A program made the position numbers and the translations under genes. The notes beneath the pieces were generated by a model. It saw nothing but the letters and a program-made list of their open reading frames with translations, was not told where the DNA came from and searched no databases. From positions 124,001 to 188,000 of the IMG/VR virus record IMGVR_UViG_3300026292_000003: DNA of 64,000 nucleotides; one strand, 5' to 3'. Of this stretch, positions 38,315 through 47,125 are shown piece by piece; within the stretch, counting starts at the first letter, position 1, and the number at the start of each line of letters is the position of its first letter.

Positions 38315-38600
38315 GTAAGCGATGAAGCGACTTAACGGTAGACTGGACCTCGGGGCAGTACCGAGCAGGTCCACCATAAACACTTTGTAGTTACCAGAAC
38401 TAGATGGTACCCTAAAGTAAGGACAGACGCAGAGTGTTTATGATGGGCCTGAATTAGGATCGACAGATATTATAGGGAAGTGGAGTTTACCGGGTGATTG
38501 CGTAATTGATCAAATTTTATAAACGCAGAAGATAATTTTGCAATAGCGGCCTAATTTAGGCACGTAGGGGTGGGAACTACCTGGCAACAGAAGTGCCACT
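38315..38600 (+). ncRNA. ssrA: Circularly permuted two-piece tmRNA (alphaproteobacterial type)
   Basis: Acceptor piece ends caggtcc-a-cca (38366-38376) with T-arm ctcgg/ggcagta/ccgag; 68-nt intervening segment; coding piece starts gggcctg (38445) with G3-U70; tag AEDNFAIAA* at 38525-38554. Confidence 0.9.
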
Positions 38601-38665
38601 GTATTCTTTAGAATTCAGTTACTACAAAAAGATAAACTTCTTATCTTTATATCAAGGAAATATAT

Positions 38666-39259
38666 ATGAAATATATAATGACAGCGGCGTTCGTCGCTTT
38701 TATGTTTTCTACTGCTAACGCAGAAGATTACAACAATACATCAATAACTATGGCCGCAGAAGGACCTGAATATGGTGTAGAATTATCAACAAATGACACT
38801 ACAAGAAAAGTAAGTGTCTACAATACTAATGGCGCATTAGATCTAGGAGTACAGTTATTAGATAACGGCACTAACACAGATTTTAATGTATCTGTTGGTA
38901 AGACTATCGATAGAAATATTGGAATGGCAGAATCACCATTAGCTACAGTTTATGTATCTGCAGAAGCTGAGTATAATTGGGGCGATAGTTTTACTAAAAA
39001 CGAAATGCATTTTACTCCTAAAATTGGAGCTAAAAAAGCTATTGGAAACCTAACACCATTTGGTGAAATAGGTTACGGTCTAAAATCAATTGAAGGTGAT
39101 TATCTTGATATTGATAGAGACACACCGTTTGCTGAAATCGGTACATCAGTTGGTCTAACTGATAATACGTCATTAAAAGCATCAGTAACACAATCAATGA
39201 ATACTGATTGGGAAAAGACTGATCGTGAAATTGGACTAAAGCTGACAGTTCAGTTTTAA
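38666..39259 (+). CDS. Putative outer-membrane beta-barrel protein
   Basis: Signal peptide (ANA), alternating amphipathic strands and C-terminal Phe. Confidence 0.7.
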   Translation: MKYIMTAAFVAFMFSTANAEDYNNTSITMAAEGPEYGVELSTNDTTRKVSVYNTNGALDLGVQLLDNGTNTDFNVSVGKTIDRNIGMAESPLATVYVSAEAEYNWGDSFTKNEMHFTPKIGAKKAIGNLTPFGEIGYGLKSIEGDYLDIDRDTPFAEIGTSVGLTDNTSLKASVTQSMNTDWEKTDREIGLKLTVQF

Positions 39260-39269
39260 TTAATTAGGT

Positions 39270-39304
39270 TGCGGGTTACCCTTTACACAAAAACCCGCAT
39301 TTCC
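39270..39304 (+). terminator. Putative terminator
   Basis: tgcgggtt/aacccgca stem, short U-run. Confidence 0.55.
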
Positions 39305-39340
39305 GATAAATATTATAGACAGGCAAGAGGAGATTTTATC

Positions 39341-40420
39341 ATGCCGCCTAGAAATCATAAAAATTGGTTAGCAAAACCAAACGTAGAATATGTAAGTAGT
39401 GAAATATATTCAGATCAAAAAATTTTCGAAGAAGAAATAAAACATATCTTTAGTAAGGTATGGGTACCAGTATGCCATACAAGTGAAATGAATATGACTG
39501 GTTGTTTTAGAACAACACAAATTGCATTTCAAAATATAATTGTTATTAAATTTAGTAGTGGAATTGTTAGAGCATTTCATAATAAAGATGTAACAAAAGT
39601 ATCAGGTATGGATATGTCGCTTTGTTATCATGCATTAAGTTGGAAAGAATTGCCGTGCGAAATAAAGCATGGTGGAATGGTATGGGTAACTTTAGATACA
39701 GAAACAACACAGAGTGTAGATCAATGGACGGCTGGTGCATTTGATTGTATTAGTGATGCAATTGATGCAGAAGACTTAGAAGTATTTCATTACCATAAAG
39801 CAATTATACCAACAAACTATAAACTATGGCATGATACAAATAGTGAATTTTATCATGACTTTATGCATTATTTTAATAGAGTAACTGGTTTTAATGATGA
39901 ATATTTTGCTAGAAAAAATATTCCATTTGATAACGGTCACGTAAATGTAAGTAGCTTTACAGTTAATTATACAGAATTTAATAAAGATGGTGACCGAGGA
40001 GAATTAAGTTTTCCTAACTTACCACCAAACCAATGGTATATGGTAGACTTGTTTCCAGGGTTTAATTTTAATTTGCGTGGTAGTGCGTATCGTAGTGATA
40101 GTGTTACTCCACTAGGGCCTAATAGCACACTTATAGAGTTTAGGGGCTATGGGCTAGAAAAAGATACTAAAGAAGAACGTGAAACTCGTATCAAACATCA
40201 CAATACTATATGGGGACCTTTTGGACGTAATTTGCACGAAGACTTAATTGGAGTTACAGGGCAAGGAGTATCAATGGCAGAAGGCACAGAAAAAAGAAAC
40301 ATTTTACATGGTAGGCACGAAAATGGAACTATACATGATGAGGTTGGTATGAGGCATTATTACGCAGAGTGGGGAAAACACGTAAACTTAGATCCTTCTA
40401 ATCCTATTATTAGTACTTGA
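39341..40420 (+). CDS. Ring-hydroxylating oxygenase alpha-subunit-like protein (MsmA-like), Rieske motif degenerate
   Basis: IFSKVW, RAFHN, NYKLWHDTNSEFYHDFMH and NLHED; no CxH-x(15-26)-CxxH; AGGAG RBS then ATG 39341. Confidence 0.8.
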   Translation: MPPRNHKNWLAKPNVEYVSSEIYSDQKIFEEEIKHIFSKVWVPVCHTSEMNMTGCFRTTQIAFQNIIVIKFSSGIVRAFHNKDVTKVSGMDMSLCYHALSWKELPCEIKHGGMVWVTLDTETTQSVDQWTAGAFDCISDAIDAEDLEVFHYHKAIIPTNYKLWHDTNSEFYHDFMHYFNRVTGFNDEYFARKNIPFDNGHVNVSSFTVNYTEFNKDGDRGELSFPNLPPNQWYMVDLFPGFNFNLRGSAYRSDSVTPLGPNSTLIEFRGYGLEKDTKEERETRIKHHNTIWGPFGRNLHEDLIGVTGQGVSMAEGTEKRNILHGRHENGTIHDEVGMRHYYAEWGKHVNLDPSNPIIST

Positions 40421-40444
40421 CATTATTCTTAAATCTGTTAATAT
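40417..40444 (+). promoter_or_regulatory. sigma70-type promoter for tRNA-Arg
   Basis: TTGACA-16-TAATAT with extended TG. Confidence 0.6.
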
Positions 40445-40450
40445 GTATGT

Positions 40451-40527
40451 GGACCATTAGCTCAGCTGGATAGAGCGCCTGTCTACGGAACAGGAGGCCA
40501 GGAGTTCGAATCTCTTATGGTCCGCCA
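40451..40527 (+). tRNA. tRNA-Arg(ACG)
   Basis: Cloverleaf, A20, loop ctacgga, CCA. Confidence 0.96.
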
Positions 40528-40543
40528 AAAGATAAATAGACGA

Positions 40544-40945
40544 GTGAAACTGCTAGAGCATAAGCATATTATAATAAGAGCGGAAGTACTTGATCCGCCA
40601 CGTGCAGAAAACCCTACAAGTGAACAAGTAAAAACTCTGATCAATGATATTGGAATGAAAATTATGATGGGTCCTTTTGCCCAAAGATCAGAAATGGTAG
40701 GTAATGCAGGACTTACAGTAGCAACAATTATAGAAACATCACACGTAATACTACATACCTGGGATGAAGTGCATCCAGCATTAATGCAATTAGATGTTTA
40801 TACTTGCAGTCATTTAGATCCTAAAATAGTTTTTAAATGGCTAGAACAATTCAAGCCAACCAAAATAGATTACAAATATATTGATAGGGAATTTAAGTTA
40901 GATCTTAAACGGAAAAAGATACCTTTCCATATTGAACAGGATTAG
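40544..40945 (+). CDS. S-adenosylmethionine decarboxylase-like proenzyme (class 1b)
   Basis: GLTVATIIETSHVILHTW and QLDVYTCS; GTG 40544 (the ORF-track start lies inside the tRNA). Confidence 0.8.
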   Translation: MKLLEHKHIIIRAEVLDPPRAENPTSEQVKTLINDIGMKIMMGPFAQRSEMVGNAGLTVATIIETSHVILHTWDEVHPALMQLDVYTCSHLDPKIVFKWLEQFKPTKIDYKYIDREFKLDLKRKKIPFHIEQD

Positions 40946-41594
40946 TTAAATATCTTTTAATATATTTTTTAGCGACATCTTCGTTATGCCAATGTTCGTG
41001 TGACACTTGTTTTAAATCTTCACACCAAAAAATATTAATAAACCCATTCTTTTTATAGTGTTCGTGTTGATATGTATCATCTACTAGTGATTCACTATAC
41101 GTGGAAATTAAAACTTCATTAGGAACATGATTATTATATGTTAATCCATTCCAAGCATCGTCTACATTATTAAATTTTGTATAAGGCAATTCTTTTGTAG
41201 TACCATAATCAGGAAAATTAAAATCTAAAACTATACATTCAGTAGATAAATTTTGTGCCCATCTTGCATTTAATCTACTTACACCTGGGTGGCAAAAAGT
41301 ATTACCAGGTTCTCTTCTTACTATTGGTTTGTATACTATGGATTGATCAGCCATCCATAAACATTGAACAGCACCTCTTACACGTCGGTGAAAGTCATCT
41401 ATTAAATGATTGTCTGTATAATGTTTCCAATTAATATTATTGTGATAGTTCCTTATAAACCTAGTCCATTCTTTTGGTCTTTCTAAGTAACGTTCTTCGG
41501 TATCTGTTATATCAGCAGTACCTATGTTACCTCCACGTTCTATAAGGTTATAGTAAAACTTTTTAAAATTATTATATGCTAAATTTTCTGCCAT
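40905..41594 (-). CDS. Hypothetical protein
   Basis: 229 aa; HPGVSRL motif. Confidence 0.7.
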   Translation of the reverse strand: MAENLAYNNFKKFYYNLIERGGNIGTADITDTEERYLERPKEWTRFIRNYHNNINWKHYTDNHLIDDFHRRVRGAVQCLWMADQSIVYKPIVRREPGNTFCHPGVSRLNARWAQNLSTECIVLDFNFPDYGTTKELPYTKFNNVDDAWNGLTYNNHVPNEVLISTYSESLVDDTYQHEHYKKNGFINIFWCEDLKQVSHEHWHNEDVAKKYIKRYLTNPVQYGKVSFSV

Positions 41595-42979
41595 GGAAAT
41601 AGTTTTGATAAGTATGGAAATTTTGGATCTTCATTAACTAAATTAATGTCAAATCCTCTAGTAACAAATTTATCAGGATGTTTATTAAAGAAATCTATAT
41701 AATCACTTTCAAGTCTTAGTCTAATATTTTTACTATATAGTATTGAATTAATTTCATAGTTAAAAGCATTACTTACATCGATAAAAACTTTTTTATCACT
41801 ATCCCAATCTATTTCATCTTTTAATTCTTTTTTTATTCTTGCTATTGCCATAAGATCAAGAACTCTAAATTCGTGTTTAAATGTTTTATAAGTTGTATTC
41901 CACCATTTTACAAAATCTTCACCTAGTCCTTCTATATACTCGTCATTAAAATGTAAGTCTTTTTCGCATACAAATCTACTGCCAATTATAGGATTTTCTT
42001 TTTTATAATCCTTAACAAATTTAGACCAATTTCTTCCGTCCCAATTATTACTAATATACCATTGCATATGTACTGCAACAGTATCAATATCGTATGCAAC
42101 AAGTTTTCCGCCTTCTTCTAAGTTATTAATATATGCATTTGCTATCGGACTTATTCCACCGCTGGTACTATAAACAGTTTTACATTTATGATCTTTTTTT
42201 ATAGTATCTAGTGATTCAGTATTTGCACTATACCATCTTGCGTCCCATAAATCATGACCTACTTGAAATAGTTTTTCATAATGGTCCATCATTTCGCCGT
42301 ACAAATATTCTTTTCCATCTCTTAAATTATCATCCCATATACCAACTTTTTTACCTTGTTCCATAGCAACACGTAACAAGTTATGTCCTTGCCATTTGCC
42401 ACTTGCTTGTACAGTTTCATTTGTAGCCCATATTTCTGTGGGGTTATATGTCTGATCTCTTTTTCCTAATGTTACTTCACTTCTACGTATTTTTGGTGCA
42501 GTCCAATCTATATCGTCAAATTGATTTTCACCAAATTCTGGTCTTCCACTAGCAACCCACCATTCTAAATCAATGAACATACATTGAGGATGAATTTGCC
42601 ACCATCTATGTTTTCTATCTAATATGTGTCCTACAATAACACAATCTTTATATTGGTTATTCCAGTATTCTTTTGACTTTTCAATAAAATTACGTAGTAT
42701 TATACCTTGCTTACAAATAAGTAATTTTTTAAATCCAGTATCATATGCAATACTACATAGCTTAACAAACTCGTTTGCTTGTATTTGAGGTATACGTCTA
42801 TATTTAAAACTGTAAAAATCAAGAAGATTTTGAGTTATACCTTCGGTAGCTTTATCTTTTATTTTGTCGTTTAATAGCCAACCAATACCACAGTTGTCTG
42901 GTAGCTTGTCAGCAGTATGGTCAAACTGGAATATTTTTTCATGTCTCATATTTTGAACCTTTTTATTAACATAGTACAT
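41579..42979 (-). CDS. Two-domain hypothetical protein, paralogue of 20645..21748
   Basis: GT-like N-half (VGHILDR..IHPQC) and shared C-half; start may be ATG 42949. Confidence 0.7.
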   Translation of the reverse strand: MYYVNKKVQNMRHEKIFQFDHTADKLPDNCGIGWLLNDKIKDKATEGITQNLLDFYSFKYRRIPQIQANEFVKLCSIAYDTGFKKLLICKQGIILRNFIEKSKEYWNNQYKDCVIVGHILDRKHRWWQIHPQCMFIDLEWWVASGRPEFGENQFDDIDWTAPKIRRSEVTLGKRDQTYNPTEIWATNETVQASGKWQGHNLLRVAMEQGKKVGIWDDNLRDGKEYLYGEMMDHYEKLFQVGHDLWDARWYSANTESLDTIKKDHKCKTVYSTSGGISPIANAYINNLEEGGKLVAYDIDTVAVHMQWYISNNWDGRNWSKFVKDYKKENPIIGSRFVCEKDLHFNDEYIEGLGEDFVKWWNTTYKTFKHEFRVLDLMAIARIKKELKDEIDWDSDKKVFIDVSNAFNYEINSILYSKNIRLRLESDYIDFFNKHPDKFVTRGFDINLVNEDPKFPYLSKLFPWQKI

Positions 42980-43015
42980 TACTATTTATTATCTTTAATA
43001 AATCAAATTAAGTAG

Positions 43016-43044
43016 TTGACAACGACTACAAATGATGTTATATT
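43016..43044 (+). promoter_or_regulatory. sigma70 promoter
   Basis: TTGACA-17-TATATT with extended TG. Confidence 0.75.
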
Positions 43045-43055
43045 ATTAACATTGA

Positions 43056-43292
43056 ATGAGAAGGAAAACGGATATGATTACAAGCAGACAGGTAGTTGAG
43101 ATAATCAACGAAGAGATTGATAAGAATAATGAAGATAGTATCCGTAAGGCACTACAGAAGGTTAAAGATAGAATTGAGTTTCTTGAAGAATTAGAATTTG
43201 TTCATCAGCACAAACAACCAGTGTATGATGCTAGAAAATCTGAAGAACAGAAAGAAACTGCACAAAAACAGTTTAACGAGTATTTTAAATAG
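43056..43292 (+). CDS. Hypothetical protein
   Basis: 78 aa; start may be ATG 43074 after AAGGA. Confidence 0.65.
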   Translation: MRRKTDMITSRQVVEIINEEIDKNNEDSIRKALQKVKDRIEFLEELEFVHQHKQPVYDARKSEEQKETAQKQFNEYFK

Positions 43293-43294
43293 CC

Positions 43295-43462
43295 ATGGAG
43301 TACAGTGAACTAATAAACAAAATTCAAGTGCTAACGGAATCAGTAGAGGTATTCCGGAGTCGTATACAAGAACATGACACCGGATACCTGTACACTACCA
43401 TAAGCACAATTGAAGACTACATAGAAGAACTTGAAAAACAAGTTAAATCCTTAGATCATTAA
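43295..43462 (+). CDS. Small hypothetical protein (not in ORF track)
   Basis: MEYSELINKIQVLTESVEVFRSRIQEHDTGYLYTTISTIEDYIEELEKQVKSLDH. Confidence 0.6.
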   Translation: MEYSELINKIQVLTESVEVFRSRIQEHDTGYLYTTISTIEDYIEELEKQVKSLDH

Positions 43463-43486
43463 AGTAAAAAAAGTACCAAAAAGATG

Positions 43487-43515
43487 TTGACAAGTCGGTA
43501 ACATTATCGTACTAT
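43487..43515 (+). promoter_or_regulatory. sigma70 promoter
   Basis: TTGACA-17-TACTAT. Confidence 0.7.
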
Positions 43516-43543
43516 GTATATAAATTAAACAGAAGAGACGCAA

Positions 43544-43834
43544 ATGAAACTACAAGATCTTAAAATGGTACAAACTACAGTTCCTAATGGGGTTCAGGCC
43601 CTAGTGAAGTTTGGGCCCCATTACGAGCTGAGCATTGTCAAGAACGATGTCTCATATGGTGGCAAAATGGGACTATACGAAATTGCAGTATTTCTAGATA
43701 ACCAAATGACAGAACTACCCGGCATCACAGAGTCCGGAGATACAGTCAAAGGATTCCTTACAGAAGATAATGTAAATGATATCCTATCCTCAATGACCCA
43801 ATTGACAAAAAGGGAACCTCAACAAACAAACTAA
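43544..43834 (+). CDS. Early hypothetical protein
   Basis: YELSIV..SYGG..GLYEIAV..V.GFLT pattern. Confidence 0.75.
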   Translation: MKLQDLKMVQTTVPNGVQALVKFGPHYELSIVKNDVSYGGKMGLYEIAVFLDNQMTELPGITESGDTVKGFLTEDNVNDILSSMTQLTKREPQQTN

Positions 43835-43843
43835 TCAGCTATA

Positions 43844-43920
<77 letters not shown>

Positions 43921-43926
43921 ATTTAT

Positions 43927-44012
43927 GCGAGTGTGGCGGAATAGGTAGACGCAACGGACTTAAAATCCGTTATCTTTATGGTGTGTGGGTTCGAGTCCCT
44001 CCACTCGCACCA
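43927..44012 (+). tRNA. tRNA-Leu(UAA)
   Basis: Cloverleaf with long variable arm, loop cttaaaa, CCA. Confidence 0.96.
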
Positions 44013-44056
44013 AATTGGAGTCCTGTATTGATAAATATTATCTAAAAAGGAGATTT

Positions 44057-44257
44057 ATGGCAGGATTTAAAGCAACAAGAGGACAAAGAACTCATAACTG
44101 GAAACGTATGCTAAATGGTATTGAGATTAAACCTTGTATGTACGTTAATGAGAATGGTAAAAAAACAATGGCTGGATCAGTTGATGGTGAAGTAATCAGA
44201 GACAGTAACGGAAAAGTATTACCGTATAGATCAATTCAACACACATCGATGGAATAG
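44057..44257 (+). CDS. Small hypothetical protein
   Basis: AAGGAG RBS then ATG 44057 (the ORF-track start is inside the tRNA). Confidence 0.75.
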   Translation: MAGFKATRGQRTHNWKRMLNGIEIKPCMYVNENGKKTMAGSVDGEVIRDSNGKVLPYRSIQHTSME

Positions 44258-44259
44258 TC

Positions 44260-44493
44260 ATGTGGAAGATTATAGCAGTAATCTGTATCCTTGAGTGGCC
44301 AGATTACACAATGAATTCTGAGCTGGTGTGTAGAATGTTTGAAGATTCAACAGATGCGAGATTTCAAACTAAAGAAGAGTGTGATAAATCAGCAATAATA
44401 AAGTATAACAATACTTTAGATAGTTTTGAAAAATATCGTGAAACTTTTGAATCGTTAGAAGTTGCGTGTGTGAGAACAAAAAATGAAGTTTAA
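44260..44493 (+). CDS. Small secreted Cys-containing protein
   Basis: Hydrophobic N-terminus, four Cys. Confidence 0.65.
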   Translation: MWKIIAVICILEWPDYTMNSELVCRMFEDSTDARFQTKEECDKSAIIKYNNTLDSFEKYRETFESLEVACVRTKNEV

Positions 44494-44969
44494 ATATGAC
44501 CTTGAGATCTTAATAGCCATATAAACCCAACAGTTACACCACCTAACAATACTACTAAAAATACAATTAATGCACCATCTATAAGTGCCTGTTTTCTTTC
44601 TTGTTGTTTGTAAATTGTTTCTTCTCTTTCTTGTCTAATCTTTCTTCGCATTTCAATTAGTTCTTTCCACGTGCCAAATCCATAACGCCAATTTAATAGT
44701 GTTTGTAATTCTGCTTCTTGTTCTTTAATTGTTTTTTCGTGGATTAATAATGCAAGAGCTTCTTCTTCAACACTACCTGCTTGAAATAATTTTTTAAATA
44801 GGGGAGGTTTTTGATTATTTTGTTTGGCTTTTCTAACGTCACTTACTGCACCAAACCATTTTCCCATTTGGCCTACAACGTTTTCGAAATCTTGCCCAAC
44901 GGTTACTGCTCTCTTAATTGTATTAAAAGCCGTGGTCGCTACCGCGATCGCTGAAATTGGATCTACTAT
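44490..44969 (-). CDS. Membrane-anchored hypothetical protein with probable ATA start
   Basis: AAGGAG 8 nt upstream of ATA; frame reads (M)VDPISAIAVATTAFNTIKRAV... to a C-terminal TM. Confidence 0.65.
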   Translation of the reverse strand: MVDPISAIAVATTAFNTIKRAVTVGQDFENVVGQMGKWFGAVSDVRKAKQNNQKPPLFKKLFQAGSVEEEALALLIHEKTIKEQEAELQTLLNWRYGFGTWKELIEMRRKIRQEREETIYKQQERKQALIDGALIVFLVVLLGGVTVGFIWLLRSQGHI

Positions 44970-45046
44970 TGGTTTGACTCCTTACTTAACTATATGTATT
45001 TAATACATATATAACCAACATTAAACCCGTATTTAAACGAAATATC

Positions 45047-45086
45047 TTGACAATTTCTTTTATAATGTTTATAATAAGCATAAATA
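45047..45086 (+). promoter_or_regulatory. Tandem sigma70 and late promoters
   Basis: TTGACA-17-TATAAT then ATAAATA at 45080. Confidence 0.75.
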
Positions 45087-45110
45087 CAACGTATTCAAAA
45101 GGAACGAAAT

Positions 45111-45290
45111 ATGACTTTTATACATTCGACTAACGATATTAAGTCTAAGGTTATGGTAATCTTAGATAAGATAGAGTTACTCCAAGAAGCTGAAGTGTTA
45201 GGTAACACAGATTCAAAAAAACACCTGGTAGACGATATCAGAGCTCTTGCGAGAGAAATTGCTAACGATAACGTTAGCAACGTAAAATAG
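45111..45290 (+). CDS. Small hypothetical protein (not in ORF track)
   Basis: AAGGA RBS; MTFIHSTNDIKSKVMVILDKIELLQEAEVLGNTDSKKHLVDDIRALAREIANDNVSNVK. Confidence 0.65.
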   Translation: MTFIHSTNDIKSKVMVILDKIELLQEAEVLGNTDSKKHLVDDIRALAREIANDNVSNVK

Positions 45291-45303
45291 AGGAGAAAAT
45301 ATT

Positions 45304-45474
45304 ATGTTTTCATGGATTAAAGATAGATTTGCAGAACGTACATCTCTAGATGGCGGAATGCTAATTGCAGTAGGTGTAATTGGATTGTTCTTTTCGGCAA
45401 TAATTCCAATGAACCTAATTTGTTGGGCCGCTATAGGTTATGGCGCCTGGACACTATTAAAGTCAGAAGGATAA
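45304..45474 (+). CDS. Small two-TM protein, putative holin (not in ORF track)
   Basis: GAGGAG RBS; MFSWIKDRFAERTSLDGGMLIAVGVIGLFFSAIIPMNLICWAAIGYGAWTLLKSEG; directly before the endolysin. Confidence 0.6.
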   Translation: MFSWIKDRFAERTSLDGGMLIAVGVIGLFFSAIIPMNLICWAAIGYGAWTLLKSEG

Positions 45475-45480
45475 TAATAA

Positions 45481-45933
45481 ATGGCCTTTAAATTAAGTAA
45501 GAGAAGTCTATCAAGGCTTGACGGTGTTAACCCAAAATTAGTAAAAGTTGTAACAACGGCTATTACTATGTCCAAGATTGATTTTGGAGTAATATGCGGT
45601 CTACGAACAATAGAAGAACAACGTGAGCTCGTTGCTAAAGGTGCATCACAGACAATGAAGTCTAAACACATCGATGGCAATGCAGTTGACTTAATGGCTT
45701 ATATTGGTAGTAGAGGATCATGGGAAATGAACTTATATGATGATATCGCTGATGCAATGAAAATTGCCGCAGATGAGCATAACATCCAAATCAGATGGGG
45801 TGCCGCTTGGCATATCACTGATCTAAGAGAATGGGATAGTTCAATGCAGGACGCAATGAATGCCTACATCGACCTAAGAAGAAGTCAAGGTCGAAGACCA
45901 TTCATAGATGGACCGCATTTTGAACTAATGTAG
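45481..45933 (+). CDS. Endolysin, M15 family peptidase
   Basis: GLRT.EEQ..L, SKHIDGNAVD and DGPHFEL. Confidence 0.92.
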   Translation: MAFKLSKRSLSRLDGVNPKLVKVVTTAITMSKIDFGVICGLRTIEEQRELVAKGASQTMKSKHIDGNAVDLMAYIGSRGSWEMNLYDDIADAMKIAADEHNIQIRWGAAWHITDLREWDSSMQDAMNAYIDLRRSQGRRPFIDGPHFELM

Positions 45934-45937
45934 GATT

Positions 45938-47125
45938 TTGACTCAGAATAATCACAGCACTAGTTGGTGTCCTATACCGTTTAATGCTATTTCGTTTCAC
46001 CCAACCGGCAATTTAACTCGTTGTATGATGAGCAATACGCCGATGGGTGAAACCTTTGACAGCCCTCAGATGCAAAAACTGCGTCATGATATGTTGGCTG
46101 GCACCTGGGATAAAGAAGGGTGTATGACTTGTTGGAAAAAAGAACAACAAGGTAATATAAGTCAAAGACAAAAGTGGTTACAACGTAGTCCCTCAGATTT
46201 CAAAAATACAGATGGATTTATAAAACCAAAAATAACAGGAAACCCTGTTAATCACCTTTTTATTAACTATAGCAATATATGTAATTTTAAGTGTAGAATG
46301 TGTGGACCAGATTATAGTACTAGTCTAATACCAGAGCATAAACATTTACATACAATAGGATTACGTAAAGAAGTAAAAATAGAAAATATTAAAAATAGAA
46401 ATTTTATTAATACATATCTAAAAGAAAATCCAGAAAGTTTAAAAGATGTAACTAGTATATGGATAACAGGTGGCGAACCCTTTATGGACGATAACTGTTA
46501 TGATTTAATTGACATACTAGCTGAAAATGGAAATGAATTTGAAACAGATATGGTTATTACTACAAATGGCTCTAAAGTAGATTTAGATAAGTTACAAAAA
46601 TTTGAGAATTTAAAATTCTTTGAATTAGATTTAAGTATTGATGCACCTAATACTATGTTTGAGTATATGCGTAGTGCAGGCGTATTTACTTGGGATCAAA
46701 TGAGTAAGTTAATTGATGATTTAACTTATTTTAAAAAACAGAATAGTAGTTGGTTTCATATGTGTTTTAATGCTAGTATACAAGCATATAATTACGATAC
46801 AATACTTGAATTTGATTCAGTATGTAGGAAAGCAGGAGCATTGAACAATACTAGAATGTTAATATTTCCAGAACATTTTAGACTCAACGTACTACCTTAT
46901 AAATATAGAAAAGAACAATTTGATAAAATCTATGATTATAAAGTAGTAAATGATCCAAGGTTTAAAAGAACTCATATGGATATATGCAAAAATCTTTTAC
47001 AAGAACAAGCAAATGAAACTGTAATCAGTAGATTTAAAGAACTTACGATAGCACAAGACAAGTATAGAAAAATGTCTATAAAAGACTTCCATCCACGGTT
47101 AGCGGAGTTTATATATGAAAAATAA
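45938..47125 (+). CDS. Radical SAM protein with N-terminal twitch/SPASM-like domain
   Basis: CNFKCRMC, GGEPF, TTNG; N-terminal WCPIPF..RC..C..C. Confidence 0.88.
   Translation: MTQNNHSTSWCPIPFNAISFHPTGNLTRCMMSNTPMGETFDSPQMQKLRHDMLAGTWDKEGCMTCWKKEQQGNISQRQKWLQRSPSDFKNTDGFIKPKITGNPVNHLFINYSNICNFKCRMCGPDYSTSLIPEHKHLHTIGLRKEVKIENIKNRNFINTYLKENPESLKDVTSIWITGGEPFMDDNCYDLIDILAENGNEFETDMVITTNGSKVDLDKLQKFENLKFFELDLSIDAPNTMFEYMRSAGVFTWDQMSKLIDDLTYFKKQNSSWFHMCFNASIQAYNYDTILEFDSVCRKAGALNNTRMLIFPEHFRLNVLPYKYRKEQFDKIYDYKVVNDPRFKRTHMDICKNLLQEQANETVISRFKELTIAQDKYRKMSIKDFHPRLAEFIYEK

Noticed and set aside
34342-38600. 8-nt complementarity between the 34.3 kb leader (agtggcac) and the tmRNA 3' end (gtgccact)
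   Set aside because: Too short to exceed chance in 64 kb, and both have local partners
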